From Alphaproteobacteria bacterium (GTDB lineage Bacteria > Pseudomonadota > Alphaproteobacteria > UBA8366): a stretch of 64,000 nt of DNA. Shown in pieces: positions 16,443-28,827 of this stretch; the stretch's first letter is position 1; the number at the start of each line of letters is the position of its first letter. A program made the position numbers and the translations under genes. The stretch spans positions 23,310 to 87,309 of the forward strand of contig JANQKC010000014.1 in NCBI GenBank assembly GCA_028281325.1, written 5' to 3'. The notes beneath the pieces were generated by a model, which had not been told where the DNA came from, made no database searches, and worked only from the letters and a program-made list of their open reading frames with translations.

Positions 16443-17900
16443 TCACGCCCTTAGCCGCGCGCTGACAACATCGGCAACGTCGCGCCAGACCGCTTGGCCG
16501 TCGGTATCGCCGCTCCGGCCAAGTGCCATGGCGCGATTCAAGGCAAACGAATGGGCGGTATCGCCATGTCGACCCAGCAGGCCGCGCGCAAACAACTCGA
16601 TATCCTCCCGCGGAACACACCAACGACCGCCACCCCCCGGCCCTTGACGGGAAGCTATCGCTGCCGGCGGCAGAGGCCAGGCCGCGGTGGCCGATGCGGG
16701 ACTTGCCGCCGGATCGCCCGCCCACTCCCCGGGATTTTCCCGCGCCGAAAGGACGAGACGTGACGACGGCAACCGCATGGTCACCGTGGTTCCCAGCCCA
16801 AGCTGGCTTTCCACCTTCAAATCGCCACCATGCAATTCAACCAATGATTTCGCCAACGGCAGCCCAAGCCCGGTGCCTTCCGACGTGGTGCTCGAATGCC
16901 GGCCGACCTGCCCAAACGGCTCCAACGCGGTGGCAATCTGTTCCGGCGCCATACCGACACCGCTGTCCGCGATCCTGATTTGCAGATCGCCGTCCGCAAT
17001 TTCCGCGATGCGTAACGAAATTCGACCACCCGGCGGCGTGAACCGCACCGCGTTGGCAAGAAGATTGACGAGGATTTGACGCAGTTTGACGTCATCCACC
17101 ATCAGCGACGGGATAACCGCCGGCAGCACCACGGACAGATCGATGAATTTCTTCGCCGCTTCCGTCTTGATCATCCGCATCGCTGCATCAATGACCGTGT
17201 CGAGACGCACGATGCGGTCGGTCAATTCGATCCGGCCGGCCTCGATCTTCGCCATATCGAGCACTTCATTGATCAGCGCAAGCAAGTGTCCGCCGCTTTC
17301 GTGAATATCGCGCGCATAGGCCACATAACGATCATTCCCCGCCGGACCGAAGACCTCTTTTCGTATCACCTCGGAAAACCCGATGATGGCATTCAGCGGG
17401 GTCCGCAATTCATGACTCATATTGGCGAGAAATTGCGATTTCGTCCGATGCGCCTGCTCGGCGGCGCGCCAAGCCTTCTGGAGTTCGGCGGCGCGGGACT
17501 TCATATGTTCGATGGTGAACTGCAGCAACGAAAAGGGCGTACCGACCCCGATATACCGGCCGTTTTCCGTAACGATAAAGCCCTTTAAAAGGGCGCCGGG
17601 CTTTTCGGACACGATGCGATTGTTCAGGTCCGTCAGTTCCTCGTTGACGTCGACGATCAACGGCGCCTTGTCCATCAAACTGCGAATCGATTTCTTATCG
17701 TATAGCGACCGTCCAAAGAGATGCGACAGCGCCACCAGAAACTCATGCCGGTTGACGATGCCGATGGGCCGGTCCCGGTCGACGACCGCATAGGACAGCG
17801 TATCCGGATCGTCGATGAAGCGGTCATAGACCTCGACGCAACGCAGATCCGGTGACATCGGCGGCAGCGGTAGCGTTAAATTCTTGAGATGACCCGACAT
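16443..17900 (-). CDS. Soluble sensor histidine kinase: CBS-like N-terminal domain, HisKA, HATPase_c, and an unassigned ~100-aa C-terminal extension
   Basis: H-box FLANMSHELRTPLNAIIGF, N-box LANAVRFTPPGG, G-boxes DSGVGM and GTGLGLPL. No TM segment. Start is probably ATG 17900 (MSGHLKNL); the track uses TTG 17945. No receiver domain or adjacent response regulator. Confidence 0.85.
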   Translation of the reverse strand: MSGHLKNLTLPLPPMSPDLRCVEVYDRFIDDPDTLSYAVVDRDRPIGIVNRHEFLVALSHLFGRSLYDKKSIRSLMDKAPLIVDVNEELTDLNNRIVSEKPGALLKGFIVTENGRYIGVGTPFSLLQFTIEHMKSRAAELQKAWRAAEQAHRTKSQFLANMSHELRTPLNAIIGFSEVIRKEVFGPAGNDRYVAYARDIHESGGHLLALINEVLDMAKIEAGRIELTDRIVRLDTVIDAAMRMIKTEAAKKFIDLSVVLPAVIPSLMVDDVKLRQILVNLLANAVRFTPPGGRISLRIAEIADGDLQIRIADSGVGMAPEQIATALEPFGQVGRHSSTTSEGTGLGLPLAKSLVELHGGDLKVESQLGLGTTVTMRLPSSRLVLSARENPGEWAGDPAASPASATAAWPLPPAAIASRQGPGGGGRWCVPREDIELFARGLLGRHGDTAHSFALNRAMALGRSGDTDGQAVWRDVADVVSARLRA

Positions 17901-18064
17901 ATCCCGGAACCATCCATTGCCATTGCAACCATAACCTTCGCGCAAAAACGATGGGGATAGTCGTACGGCGGGGTAAAATAAACGTTAATTACCGTTATAT
18001 TACAATGATTTACAGGTAAGAGCGCTCGCTTTCCGAGCACCTGCCCGGCAAATCAAGTAAATGC

Positions 18065-18087
18065 TTGCATCAATTATTTTGATGCAA
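18065..18087. promoter_or_regulatory. Perfect 9-bp inverted repeat TTGCATCAA-N5-TTGATGCAA in an AT-rich spacer
   Basis: Lies 47 bp downstream of the rodA stop and ~165 bp upstream of the kinase ATG. No U-tract follows on the minus strand, so a protein-binding site seems more likely than a terminator. Confidence 0.35.
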
Positions 18088-18133
18088 TCTTTGAGAATAT
18101 TCCTCAAATTTCTGCAATCTCAGAGGATATAAC

Positions 18134-19276
18134 TCAGGCTTCGCTGGCGTGCCGGGCGATGCGAATGTCGCGGTGGATATAGGCGTTCATCAGGAAGCCG
18201 CAGCCGGTCAGCACCGTGAGGAGCGCCGTGCCGCCATAAGACAGCATCGGCAGCGGCACGCCGACCACCGGGATCAATCCCATCACCATCGCCGTGTTCA
18301 CGAAGACATAGAGCAGAATCGTCACGGTCACGCCCATAGCGAGCAGACGGCCGAAGTGATTGCGGCTGCGGACCGCGACGGCCAGACCGTAGACCATCAG
18401 GATGGCGTAGAGCAGCAGCAGCAACAACCCGCCGACCAGGCCGAATTCCTCCGCCAGCATGGTGAAGATGAAGTCGGTATGCCGTTCCGGCAAGAAGTTC
18501 AGATGGCTCTGCGTGCCCTGCAGATACCCCTTGCCGAAGACCCCGCCGGACCCGAAAGCGATCTGCGACTGCAGGATATGATAGCCGGAACCGAGCGGAT
18601 CGGTTTCCGGGTTGAGGAAAGTCAGGATGCGCTGGCGCTGATAATCGTGCAGGAAGTTCCAGCCGATCGGGATCGAGGCGATACCCGCGACCAGCACGAC
18701 ACCGAACTTCCACAGCCGCACCCCGGCAAGGAAGAACATCGCCCCGCCGCCCAGCAGCAGCATGACGGCGGTGCCGAGATCGGGCTGCTTGATCACCAGC
18801 GCCACCGGCGCGCCGACCAACATCAACGGCACCAACAGATAGGTCGGTCGGCCGATATCCTCGATGTTCAGGCGGTGGAAATACCGGGCGAGCGCCAACA
18901 CCACGGCGATCTTCATGAACTCGGACGGCTGCAACTGGAACCCGCCGAAACGCAACCAGCGTTGCGCGCCCATGCCGACCGAGCCGACGATCTCGACCGC
19001 GCCGAGCGACAGCAGAACGAGACCGTAGATGACATAAGCGTAGCGCAACCAAATCCGAATATCGACCAGCGCAATGGCGAACACGCCCATCAAACCCACG
19101 AGCAGTCGAATCCCCTGCCGCGACGCCCACGGCTGCATGTTGCCGCCACCCGCCGAATACAACATGGCGATGCCGACCCCGCCGATCACCGCGATCAGGA
19201 AAATCAACGACCAGTTCACCTGCCACAGGCGCTGGCGAAAGGTCATTTCCGCGCCGTAATTGGGGGAAAGCCTCAT
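18134..19276 (-). CDS. rodA: Rod shape-determining protein RodA (SEDS family peptidoglycan polymerase)
   Basis: 380 aa with FtsW/RodA/SpoVE signatures (QPSEFMKIA, TDFIFTMLAEEFG, PLPMLSYGGT). ATGA overlap with the mrdA stop. Confidence 0.93.
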   Translation of the reverse strand: MRLSPNYGAEMTFRQRLWQVNWSLIFLIAVIGGVGIAMLYSAGGGNMQPWASRQGIRLLVGLMGVFAIALVDIRIWLRYAYVIYGLVLLSLGAVEIVGSVGMGAQRWLRFGGFQLQPSEFMKIAVVLALARYFHRLNIEDIGRPTYLLVPLMLVGAPVALVIKQPDLGTAVMLLLGGGAMFFLAGVRLWKFGVVLVAGIASIPIGWNFLHDYQRQRILTFLNPETDPLGSGYHILQSQIAFGSGGVFGKGYLQGTQSHLNFLPERHTDFIFTMLAEEFGLVGGLLLLLLYAILMVYGLAVAVRSRNHFGRLLAMGVTVTILLYVFVNTAMVMGLIPVVGVPLPMLSYGGTALLTVLTGCGFLMNAYIHRDIRIARHASEA

Positions 19277-21171
19277 TGCGGCTGCCCGCTTGTCGACTTT
19301 GCGGAGGGAGCCGGCGCCGTCGCGACCCGGCCCGCACGGGCCGCGGAGGGATCGCGCTTCTGCGTTTCAAGCAGGACGTCCTTTGCGATCGGCGCCGCCG
19401 CCTTCGACCCGCCACCGCCGTGTTCGACGATGACCGACACGACATAGCGCGGCGCATCCATCGGCGCGTAGCCGACGAATAAGGCATGATCGCGTTCGCG
19501 CCATGGCCGGTCCTTGTTCTTGCGGACGCCGCGGTCGCGTTCCGCCAGCGAAATCCGCCGGACCTGCGACGTGCCGGTCTTGCCGCCCATCGCCATCGTC
19601 TCGTCCTTGATGCGGGAGCCATAGGCCGTGCCGCCCTGCGGGTTGTTCACGACCTCGTTCATGCCCTGGATGATGATCTGCCGCGCCCGGTCGGACAACC
19701 CGATGGATTCGAACTTACGCGGCGGTTCATCCGCCGGATCAACCCCCGGCGGCGCCAGCGTCAGCCTCGGCTTCACAGCAAAACCGCCGTTCACGAGCCG
19801 CGCGGTCATCACCGCCAGTTGCAGCGGCGTCGTCAGCACATAGCCTTGCCCGATCCCGACGACCAGCGTTTCGCCGAGCTGCCAGGGAATCCCGATCGTC
19901 GCCTGTTTCCAGTCCTTCGTCGGGATCAGGCCAGCGCGCTCGCCCGGGATATCGAGATCGAGCGTCGACCCCAGACCCAGCCGGCGGGACATGTCGGCAA
20001 TCCGGTCGACCCCGACCTTCTTGGCCAGGTCATAAAAGTAAACATCGCATGATTCCTTGATCGCCTCGATCATGTCGACGCTGCCGTGACCGCCCTTCTT
20101 CCAACAGTGGAACTTATGGTTGCCGAGCTGGGTATGCCCAACACAGTTGGACCGAATGGCCGGCGAGATGTTCTGCTCCAGCGCTGCAAGCGCAACGACC
20201 ATTTTAAAGGTGGACCCGGGCGCGTATTGCCCCGCAATCGCCTTGTTGGTGAGCGGCGTGTCCGGATTGTTGATCAGAGTGCGCCAAGCCTTGCCGCTTA
20301 GACCTTCGTTGAAAGCGTTCGGATCGAAGGATGGGGTCGAGACCATCGACAACACATCGCCGGTATGGGCGTCCATCACAACGACCGCGGCGCGTCGTTC
20401 ATTTTCGACCCGCCGCGCGACGAACTCCTGCAAGCCGACATCGATGGTGAGGTGAACCTCCTGCCCCGGCTGGCCGTCCTGCCGGCGCAACTCGCGAATC
20501 ACCCGGCCGAGGGCGTTGACCTCGACCTCGGCGTTGCCGGCGCTGCCGCGCAATTGCAGATCGAACTGCCGCTCGACCCCGTTCTTGCCGATGCGGAAAC
20601 CAGGCAGTTCCAGCAACGGGTCGCCGGTCAATTCGCGTTCCGACACGGAGGCAACGTAACCGAGCGAATGCGCGGCCGCTTCGCCATAAGGATAGAAACG
20701 GGTCTGCCCCACGTCGATGCTGATCCCCGGCAGATCCGGCGCATTGACCTCGATGCGGCTGACTTCTTCCCAGGTCAGGTTTTCGCGCACCGTGATCGGT
20801 ACGAAGGCGCGGCGACGGCGCACTTCGCGCAGGATGCGGCGGCGTGCATGCTCGTCGACCTCGACGAGGCGGCCGAGCCGTGTGAGCATGCGATCCACAT
20901 CGTCCGCTTCCTCCGGCACGATGACGATCCGATAATTCTGAACGTTGACCGCGAGCGGCACGCCGAAACGATCTACGATCCGGCCCCGCGGCGGCGGCAA
21001 GAGGCGAAGACTGATCCGGTTCTCATCGGCCAACACCGCATAACGATCCGATTCCAGAACCTGCAGGTAGTACATCCGGGCTGCAAGCCCGGTAAACAGG
21101 ACAGCCTGACCGCCGGCGAGGAACAACGCACGCCGGGTGAACAGCCTGCCGCGATCTTGTTCCGGTTTCAC
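19273..21171 (-). CDS. mrdA: Penicillin-binding protein 2 (elongasome transpeptidase)
   Basis: I start at GTG 21171 (VKPEQDRGRLFTRRALFLAGGQ...), immediately after the mreD stop. The track's 695-aa form overlaps mreD. SxxK (GSTFK), SCD-type (KESCD) and KTGT motifs are present. Confidence 0.92.
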   Translation of the reverse strand: MKPEQDRGRLFTRRALFLAGGQAVLFTGLAARMYYLQVLESDRYAVLADENRISLRLLPPPRGRIVDRFGVPLAVNVQNYRIVIVPEEADDVDRMLTRLGRLVEVDEHARRRILREVRRRRAFVPITVRENLTWEEVSRIEVNAPDLPGISIDVGQTRFYPYGEAAAHSLGYVASVSERELTGDPLLELPGFRIGKNGVERQFDLQLRGSAGNAEVEVNALGRVIRELRRQDGQPGQEVHLTIDVGLQEFVARRVENERRAAVVVMDAHTGDVLSMVSTPSFDPNAFNEGLSGKAWRTLINNPDTPLTNKAIAGQYAPGSTFKMVVALAALEQNISPAIRSNCVGHTQLGNHKFHCWKKGGHGSVDMIEAIKESCDVYFYDLAKKVGVDRIADMSRRLGLGSTLDLDIPGERAGLIPTKDWKQATIGIPWQLGETLVVGIGQGYVLTTPLQLAVMTARLVNGGFAVKPRLTLAPPGVDPADEPPRKFESIGLSDRARQIIIQGMNEVVNNPQGGTAYGSRIKDETMAMGGKTGTSQVRRISLAERDRGVRKNKDRPWRERDHALFVGYAPMDAPRYVVSVIVEHGGGGSKAAAPIAKDVLLETQKRDPSAARAGRVATAPAPSAKSTSGQPQ

Positions 21172-21173
21172 GG

Positions 21174-21692
21174 CTATGCCTCGTTCAGAATGTTCCGATG
21201 CGTCAGCACCAGGATATACGCGACGAGCGGGTACAGCGCCGCCGTCGCCAGATATTCCACCAACAACGGTCCGACCGAGAGAAACTGCCCCATCAACATG
21301 GACATCGCGGCCCATTGCACCACGCCGATCACGAAAGACAAGGTCGCGAATCCCCACCAAAGAACCGCAAAGGACTTGCCGAAGAAGAACCGGCGCTGGG
21401 ATACGACGATACCGTAGACGATCAGCAGGATGAAGGCGTTAAGACCGAACGGAACACCGGTCAGGATATCCTGCAGCAATCCCACCAGGAACACGACCGG
21501 CGCCGGAATCAGGTCCGGCTGGTGCAGGCCCCAAAAATAGACGGCGATCAGCGCCAGGGCCGGCGCGATAGAGATCGTCGCCGGAAGATGCATCGGCACC
21601 TGGGCAATAATCACCAACGTGATCGTGATCAGGAATGGCGTCAGCCGGCGCGCCAAAAGATCGAGCCGCGTCCATCCGCCCTCGTCCTTCAT
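21174..21692 (-). CDS. mreD: Rod shape-determining protein MreD
   Basis: 172-aa polytopic membrane protein between mreC and mrdA. 4-nt overlap with the mreC stop. Confidence 0.85.
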   Translation of the reverse strand: MKDEGGWTRLDLLARRLTPFLITITLVIIAQVPMHLPATISIAPALALIAVYFWGLHQPDLIPAPVVFLVGLLQDILTGVPFGLNAFILLIVYGIVVSQRRFFFGKSFAVLWWGFATLSFVIGVVQWAAMSMLMGQFLSVGPLLVEYLATAALYPLVAYILVLTHRNILNEA

Positions 21693-22612
21693 CGCGACCG
21701 CCTTGCGCGGCTTTGCGTCGCGCCGGAGTCCCGATCGGCATCGTCGAGGATGCCGTCGAGACCGAAATCCATGAGCCGGACGAATTCAAGTTGAGACACG
21801 TCGACATAGGGCGCAATACGGACCCCGTCTTCACCGACCGAATTGACCAGACCGACCGGCAGACCCGGTGGAAAGACACCGCCATACCCCGAGGTCACCA
21901 CCCGGTCGCCGGGCTTCACCGTTGTCGTAAGGGGCAGATACAGCAAACGCGGGGTCGTTGAATTGTCGCCGGCCAGAACCGCGCGGGCGCGCGAGGACTC
22001 AATGACCACCGGGATGCGGCTGTTCAAATCGTGGATCAGCAGAACGCGCGCCGACCGATTGCCGACTTCCGCGACCCGGCCCAGTAGGCCGTGCCCCACC
22101 ATCGCCGCCTGCCCTTTTTTCACGCCGTCGCGCTTGCCGGAATTGACCAGCAGGCTGCGCACGAAGGCACCGCCCGAATCGCCGATGACCCGCGCCGTGA
22201 CGGATTGCGCTTCCACATCGGGAACGAAGCCCAACAAATCACGCAACTGCTCGTTTTCCGCCATCAGCGTCCGGGCGGCGGTCTGCCACTGCAGCAAGCG
22301 CTCATTCTGGGCGCGCAGAACCTTGTTCTCGTCCCGAAGGACGGCCAGTTCGCGCATCTCGCCGATGACATGGGACACGGTAATCGCCGGCCGTGACAAG
22401 GCATCCAGGACCGGCGCCGTGACATCGGTCACGGTCATCCGGGCGCGCTCGAATACGAGAGGATCGGCCCGGCCCAACAACAAGATCCCGAGTGCCGCCG
22501 CCAACAGGAACACGTAGGCGAAGCGATGCGCCATTCCCCGGAGCGGCGCCGTGATCCTCAGGATATGTTCAGGGCGTTGCCTCACTCCGATTCCAACCTG
22601 ACGGTCCTGCAA
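21689..22612 (-). CDS. mreC: Rod shape-determining protein MreC
   Basis: 307 aa with a coiled-coil (LRDENKVLRAQNERLLQWQ) followed by beta-barrel domains (GDRVVTSGYGGVFPPGLPVG). The start is uncertain: TTG 22612 or ATG 22534. Confidence 0.88.
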   Translation of the reverse strand: MQDRQVGIGVRQRPEHILRITAPLRGMAHRFAYVFLLAAALGILLLGRADPLVFERARMTVTDVTAPVLDALSRPAITVSHVIGEMRELAVLRDENKVLRAQNERLLQWQTAARTLMAENEQLRDLLGFVPDVEAQSVTARVIGDSGGAFVRSLLVNSGKRDGVKKGQAAMVGHGLLGRVAEVGNRSARVLLIHDLNSRIPVVIESSRARAVLAGDNSTTPRLLYLPLTTTVKPGDRVVTSGYGGVFPPGLPVGLVNSVGEDGVRIAPYVDVSQLEFVRLMDFGLDGILDDADRDSGATQSRARRSR

Positions 22613-22638
22613 TGGTCAAAGATGCGGGACCGCCCCTC

Positions 22639-23730
<1,092 letters not shown>

Positions 23731-24143
23731 CTACTCCCGACCAATTGATGACACGACCCGATTCACCATCCTGGTCTCGACGACATAATAGCGGCGGGCG
23801 GTTCCGGATTCGCCACGACGGTCCGGTCTCGTCCTCATCGGCCCCTACCGATGTGCGCTATCCATGCTCGACGGAGGCGGAAATTTCATACGAAATTTCA
23901 AAGAAATTCGTGCCGGCCCCAACCGGCAGTCGACCGTTCCGCATGAGACCGCTCGACCTTGAATAAACCGTCACACCCCTCAAACATGGCCTCGCGCGAA
24001 TATCATGCGCCAAGTCCAAAATTGATCATCGACTATATGCCAGAAGTGCGCGAAATGAAAAGTCTCTAACCACTTCGGGCTAAGTCTTGCAAGCCGCTAA
24101 TCAGTTGAAATCTTTTACACGAATTATCGTTAATTTTTACCTA

Positions 24144-24178
24144 ATCGGGCGAGCACCCGTTAAGAGTGCCCGCCCGAT
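24144..24178 (-). terminator. Stem-loop downstream of ilvC (possible terminator)
   Basis: ATCGGGCGAGCAC-ccgttaaga-GTGCCCGCCCGAT forms a 13-bp stem with one mismatch, 40 nt after the ilvC stop. No U-tract on the minus strand, so termination function is uncertain. Confidence 0.4.
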
Positions 24179-24217
24179 CAATTGGCGACTCGAAGAAAGG
24201 CCTTCGCTCTCTTCGAC

Positions 24218-25870
<1,653 letters not shown>

Positions 25871-27643
25871 TCAGACCAGGACCATGCCGTCCTCGGAAAC
25901 GGTCTGCTCCGCCTTCGAGCTCTTGCCTTCGCCGAGGATCATCTCGTTATGGGCCGAGCCGGACGGGATCATCGGGAAGCAGTTCTCGGCCGGATCGACG
26001 GCGATGTCGGCGATCACCGTCTTGTCGACGCTGATCATCTCCTTGATCAAGTCGTCGACCTCGGACGGTTTGGTGGCCCGTAGCCCGACCGCGCCGAAAC
26101 TCTCCGCCAGCTTCACGAAGTCCGGCAAGGCTTCCGAATAACTCTCCGAGTAACGGCCGCCATGCAGCAACTCCTGCCACTGGCGCACCATCCCCATATA
26201 CTGGTTGTTCAGGATGAAGACCTTGACCGGAAGGCGGTGCTGCACCGCAGTCGACATCTCCTGGATGTTCATCAGGATCGACGCCTCGCCGGCGATATCG
26301 ACGACGAGCTTCCCCGGATGGCCGAGCTGCGCGCCGATCGCCGCCGGCAGGCCGTATCCCATCGTACCCAGGCCGCCGGAGGTCATCCAGCGATTCGGCT
26401 TCTCGAACTTATAGAACTGCGCCGCCCACATCTGATGCTGGCCGACTTCGGTCGTGATGAACGTGTCCTGGTCCTTGGTTAGTTCGTACAGCCGTTCGAT
26501 CGCATATTGCGGTTTGATGATCTTGTCGTCGGCACCGTAGGCGAGGCAATCGCGACCCCGCCACTTGGCGATCTGCTTCCACCAGCCGTCGACCGCCTTA
26601 CCGTTGCGGCGGCGTTTGACCTTAGCGGACCAGACCTTCTGCATCTGCCCCAGGACCGTGCCGACATCCCCGACGATCGGCAGATCGACCTGGACATTCT
26701 TGTTGATGGACGATGGGTCGATATCGATATGAATGATCTTGGCGTCCGGCGCGAAAGCGTCCAACCGCCCGGTGATGCGGTCGTCGAACCGCGACCCTAC
26801 GGCGACCATGACGTCGCAGCCATGCATCGCCATGTTGGCTTCGTACGTCCCGTGCATGCCGAGCATGCCCAGGAACTGCTTGTCGGACGCGGGATACGCA
26901 CCCAGCCCCATCAGTGTCAGGGTGCAAGGATACCCTGTCTTCTGGACCAAATCGGTGAACCGTTTGCACGCCTTCGGACCCGAATTGATGATGCCGCCGC
27001 CGCCGTAGAAGATCGGCCGTTCGGCGCGGGCGATCATCTCAACCGCCTCTTCGATACGCGCCGTCTCGCCCTTGGTCTGCGGGCGGTAGCTGCGCGGCTT
27101 CACCGATTCCGGCCCGACATAGGGCGCCGGGGCGAATTGAATGTCCTTCGGCAGATCGATCACCACCGGTCCCGGCCGGCCGTTGCGCGCGACATAAAAC
27201 GCCTCGTGCATCATCGTCGCCAGCAAATCGGAATCCTTCACCAGGTAGTTGTGCTTGGTGCAGGGCCGGGTAATCCCCGTCGTATCGCATTCCTGGAATG
27301 CGTCATTGCCGATCAAATGCGTCGGCACCTGACCGGTCAGGCAGACGACCGGGATCGAATCCATCAAGGCGTCGGTCAGACCGGTCACGGCGTTGGTCGC
27401 GCCCGGCCCCGATGTCACCAACACGACGCCGACCTTGCCGGTCGACCGGGCATACCCTTCGGCCGCGTGGACCGCGCCCTGTTCGTGTCGGACGAGGATG
27501 TGGCGGATATGGTTCTGCTTGAAGAGTTCATCGTAAATCGGCAGCACGGCGCCGCCGGGATAGCCGAAAACGACCTCGACGCCCTGGTCAATCAGCGCCT
27601 TGATGATCACTTGTGCTCCGGTTCGCTCGTCAGCCGACGACAT
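25871..27643 (-). CDS. ilvI: Acetolactate synthase large (catalytic) subunit
   Basis: ThDP enzyme with GAQVIIKALIDQGVEVVFGYPGGAVLPIYD and GLGTMGYGLPAAIGA. I prefer ATG 27643 (GGAG RBS) over the track's GTG 27652. Confidence 0.95.
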   Translation of the reverse strand: MSSADERTGAQVIIKALIDQGVEVVFGYPGGAVLPIYDELFKQNHIRHILVRHEQGAVHAAEGYARSTGKVGVVLVTSGPGATNAVTGLTDALMDSIPVVCLTGQVPTHLIGNDAFQECDTTGITRPCTKHNYLVKDSDLLATMMHEAFYVARNGRPGPVVIDLPKDIQFAPAPYVGPESVKPRSYRPQTKGETARIEEAVEMIARAERPIFYGGGGIINSGPKACKRFTDLVQKTGYPCTLTLMGLGAYPASDKQFLGMLGMHGTYEANMAMHGCDVMVAVGSRFDDRITGRLDAFAPDAKIIHIDIDPSSINKNVQVDLPIVGDVGTVLGQMQKVWSAKVKRRRNGKAVDGWWKQIAKWRGRDCLAYGADDKIIKPQYAIERLYELTKDQDTFITTEVGQHQMWAAQFYKFEKPNRWMTSGGLGTMGYGLPAAIGAQLGHPGKLVVDIAGEASILMNIQEMSTAVQHRLPVKVFILNNQYMGMVRQWQELLHGGRYSESYSEALPDFVKLAESFGAVGLRATKPSEVDDLIKEMISVDKTVIADIAVDPAENCFPMIPSGSAHNEMILGEGKSSKAEQTVSEDGMVLV

Positions 27644-27798
27644 GATACCCACTCCGTGATTGCGCCGCAGCCTTCATGGGCCGGCGGCTTTTCAAAGTAA
27701 CGACACCGATGCTTGTCGCGTTGGTGCTTTTTTTAGTGCTTATCGCTTTCCGCCGCGCCGCGAAAGCCATTCCCACCCGACTTGCCGCATTGCACACA

Positions 27799-27819
27799 GA
27801 AAAAGGGCCGTTCCGGCCC
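27799..27819 (-). terminator. Rho-independent terminator after miaA
   Basis: The minus strand reads GGGCCG-gaa-CGGCCC followed by TTTTTCTG, ~25 nt after the miaA stop. Confidence 0.75.
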
Positions 27820-27842
27820 GAAAGACGCCGGACATTAGGCAT

Positions 27843-28799
27843 TCAGGATCGACAGGTCAACCCTTTTTCGAGAATAAACGAAAAGATTTTATCCTCCAAT
27901 TTTTTCGAATATTTCTCTTTAATCACCAAATCAGCAATGATCTGACGCCGAAACCAGGTGAACTGACGTTTCACGTAGCGGCGGGTCGCTTGCTGCGCTG
28001 CGGCAACCGCCGCATCCAGTTCCAATTCGCCGTCGAGATGCCGCATCAACGCGTCCACGCCCAGCGCCTTCATCGCCGGCAAGTCCAGATCGAGGGCCCG
28101 AGCCTGCAACGCCCGCACTTCGTCAAGGGCACCGTGCCCGATCATCTCAAGCAACCGGGCGTCGCAGGCCGCGTAAAGCGGCTGACGCGGCGGCAGCAAC
28201 AGGATGGTGTGGAAAACCGCATTCGGCAGCACCGGCTCAGGCGGCATGGCCTGCCAGTCCTGCAACGACCGGCCCGTCGCCTCCCAGACTTCCAAGGCCC
28301 GCAGGATCCGTTGCCGGTCCATCGGCGGGATCACGGCGGCGCTTTTCGGGTCCGCGGCCGCGAGCGCCTGATGCAGATCCGATCCTTCCGCGCCGGAGAA
28401 CCGCCGGCGCAGCGCCTCGCGCGCCGCCGCGGGGATATCCGGCATCGGCGACAAGCCTTCGGTCAACGCCTTGAGGTAAAGCCCGGTTCCGCCGCAGAGG
28501 ACCGGCAGGCGGCCGGCCGCGCAGGTCTCCTCTACCGCGGCAACCGCCATGCCGCACCAACGCGCCGCCGAGCACCCCTCTGTCGCTTCGAGCACGCCGT
28601 AGAGCCGATGCGGCGCGCGCGCTTCGTCCGCGTCGCTCGGCCGGGCGGTTAGGACGCGCAAATCCCGGTAGACCTGCATGCTGTCCGCATTGATAACGGT
28701 ACCGCCGAATTCCTCGGCAACCGCCAACGCCAAGGCGGACTTTCCGCTGCCGGTCGGTCCGGCAACGATGACGACATGAAATTGCGCGTTGTCACTCAT
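27843..28799 (-). CDS. miaA: tRNA dimethylallyltransferase
   Basis: Start ATG 28799 (MSDNAQFHVVIVAGPTGSGKSALALAVAEEFGGTVINADSMQVY). P-loop and the DSMQVY motif are present. Confidence 0.93.
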   Translation of the reverse strand: MSDNAQFHVVIVAGPTGSGKSALALAVAEEFGGTVINADSMQVYRDLRVLTARPSDADEARAPHRLYGVLEATEGCSAARWCGMAVAAVEETCAAGRLPVLCGGTGLYLKALTEGLSPMPDIPAAAREALRRRFSGAEGSDLHQALAAADPKSAAVIPPMDRQRILRALEVWEATGRSLQDWQAMPPEPVLPNAVFHTILLLPPRQPLYAACDARLLEMIGHGALDEVRALQARALDLDLPAMKALGVDALMRHLDGELELDAAVAAAQQATRRYVKRQFTWFRRQIIADLVIKEKYSKKLEDKIFSFILEKGLTCRS

Positions 28800-28827
28800 G
28801 CCGCCGCAGGATACAGAATGCCGGGCA

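Noticed and set aside
17984-18030. TTAA/TTAC-rich stretch (gTTAAttaccgTTATAttacaatgatttacagg) considered as CtrA boxes upstream of the histidine kinase.
   Set aside because: No copy matches TTAA-N7-TTAAC without at least two mismatches in the second half-site, so the support is insufficient.
23745-23966. 73-aa + ORF in the 538-bp mreB-ilvC spacer, and the spacer itself as a possible sRNA locus.
   Set aside because: The ORF has no RBS and a Ser/Arg/Pro-rich composition. I saw no promoter-plus-terminator pair defining an sRNA. The AT-rich part most likely holds the mreB promoter and leader.
27644-27798. Possible ilv leader peptide or attenuator upstream of the acetolactate synthase genes.
   Set aside because: I translated the minus-strand small ORFs. 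None is Ile/Val/Leu-rich and none ends before the ilvI start. I found no convincing alternative terminator/antiterminator pair.
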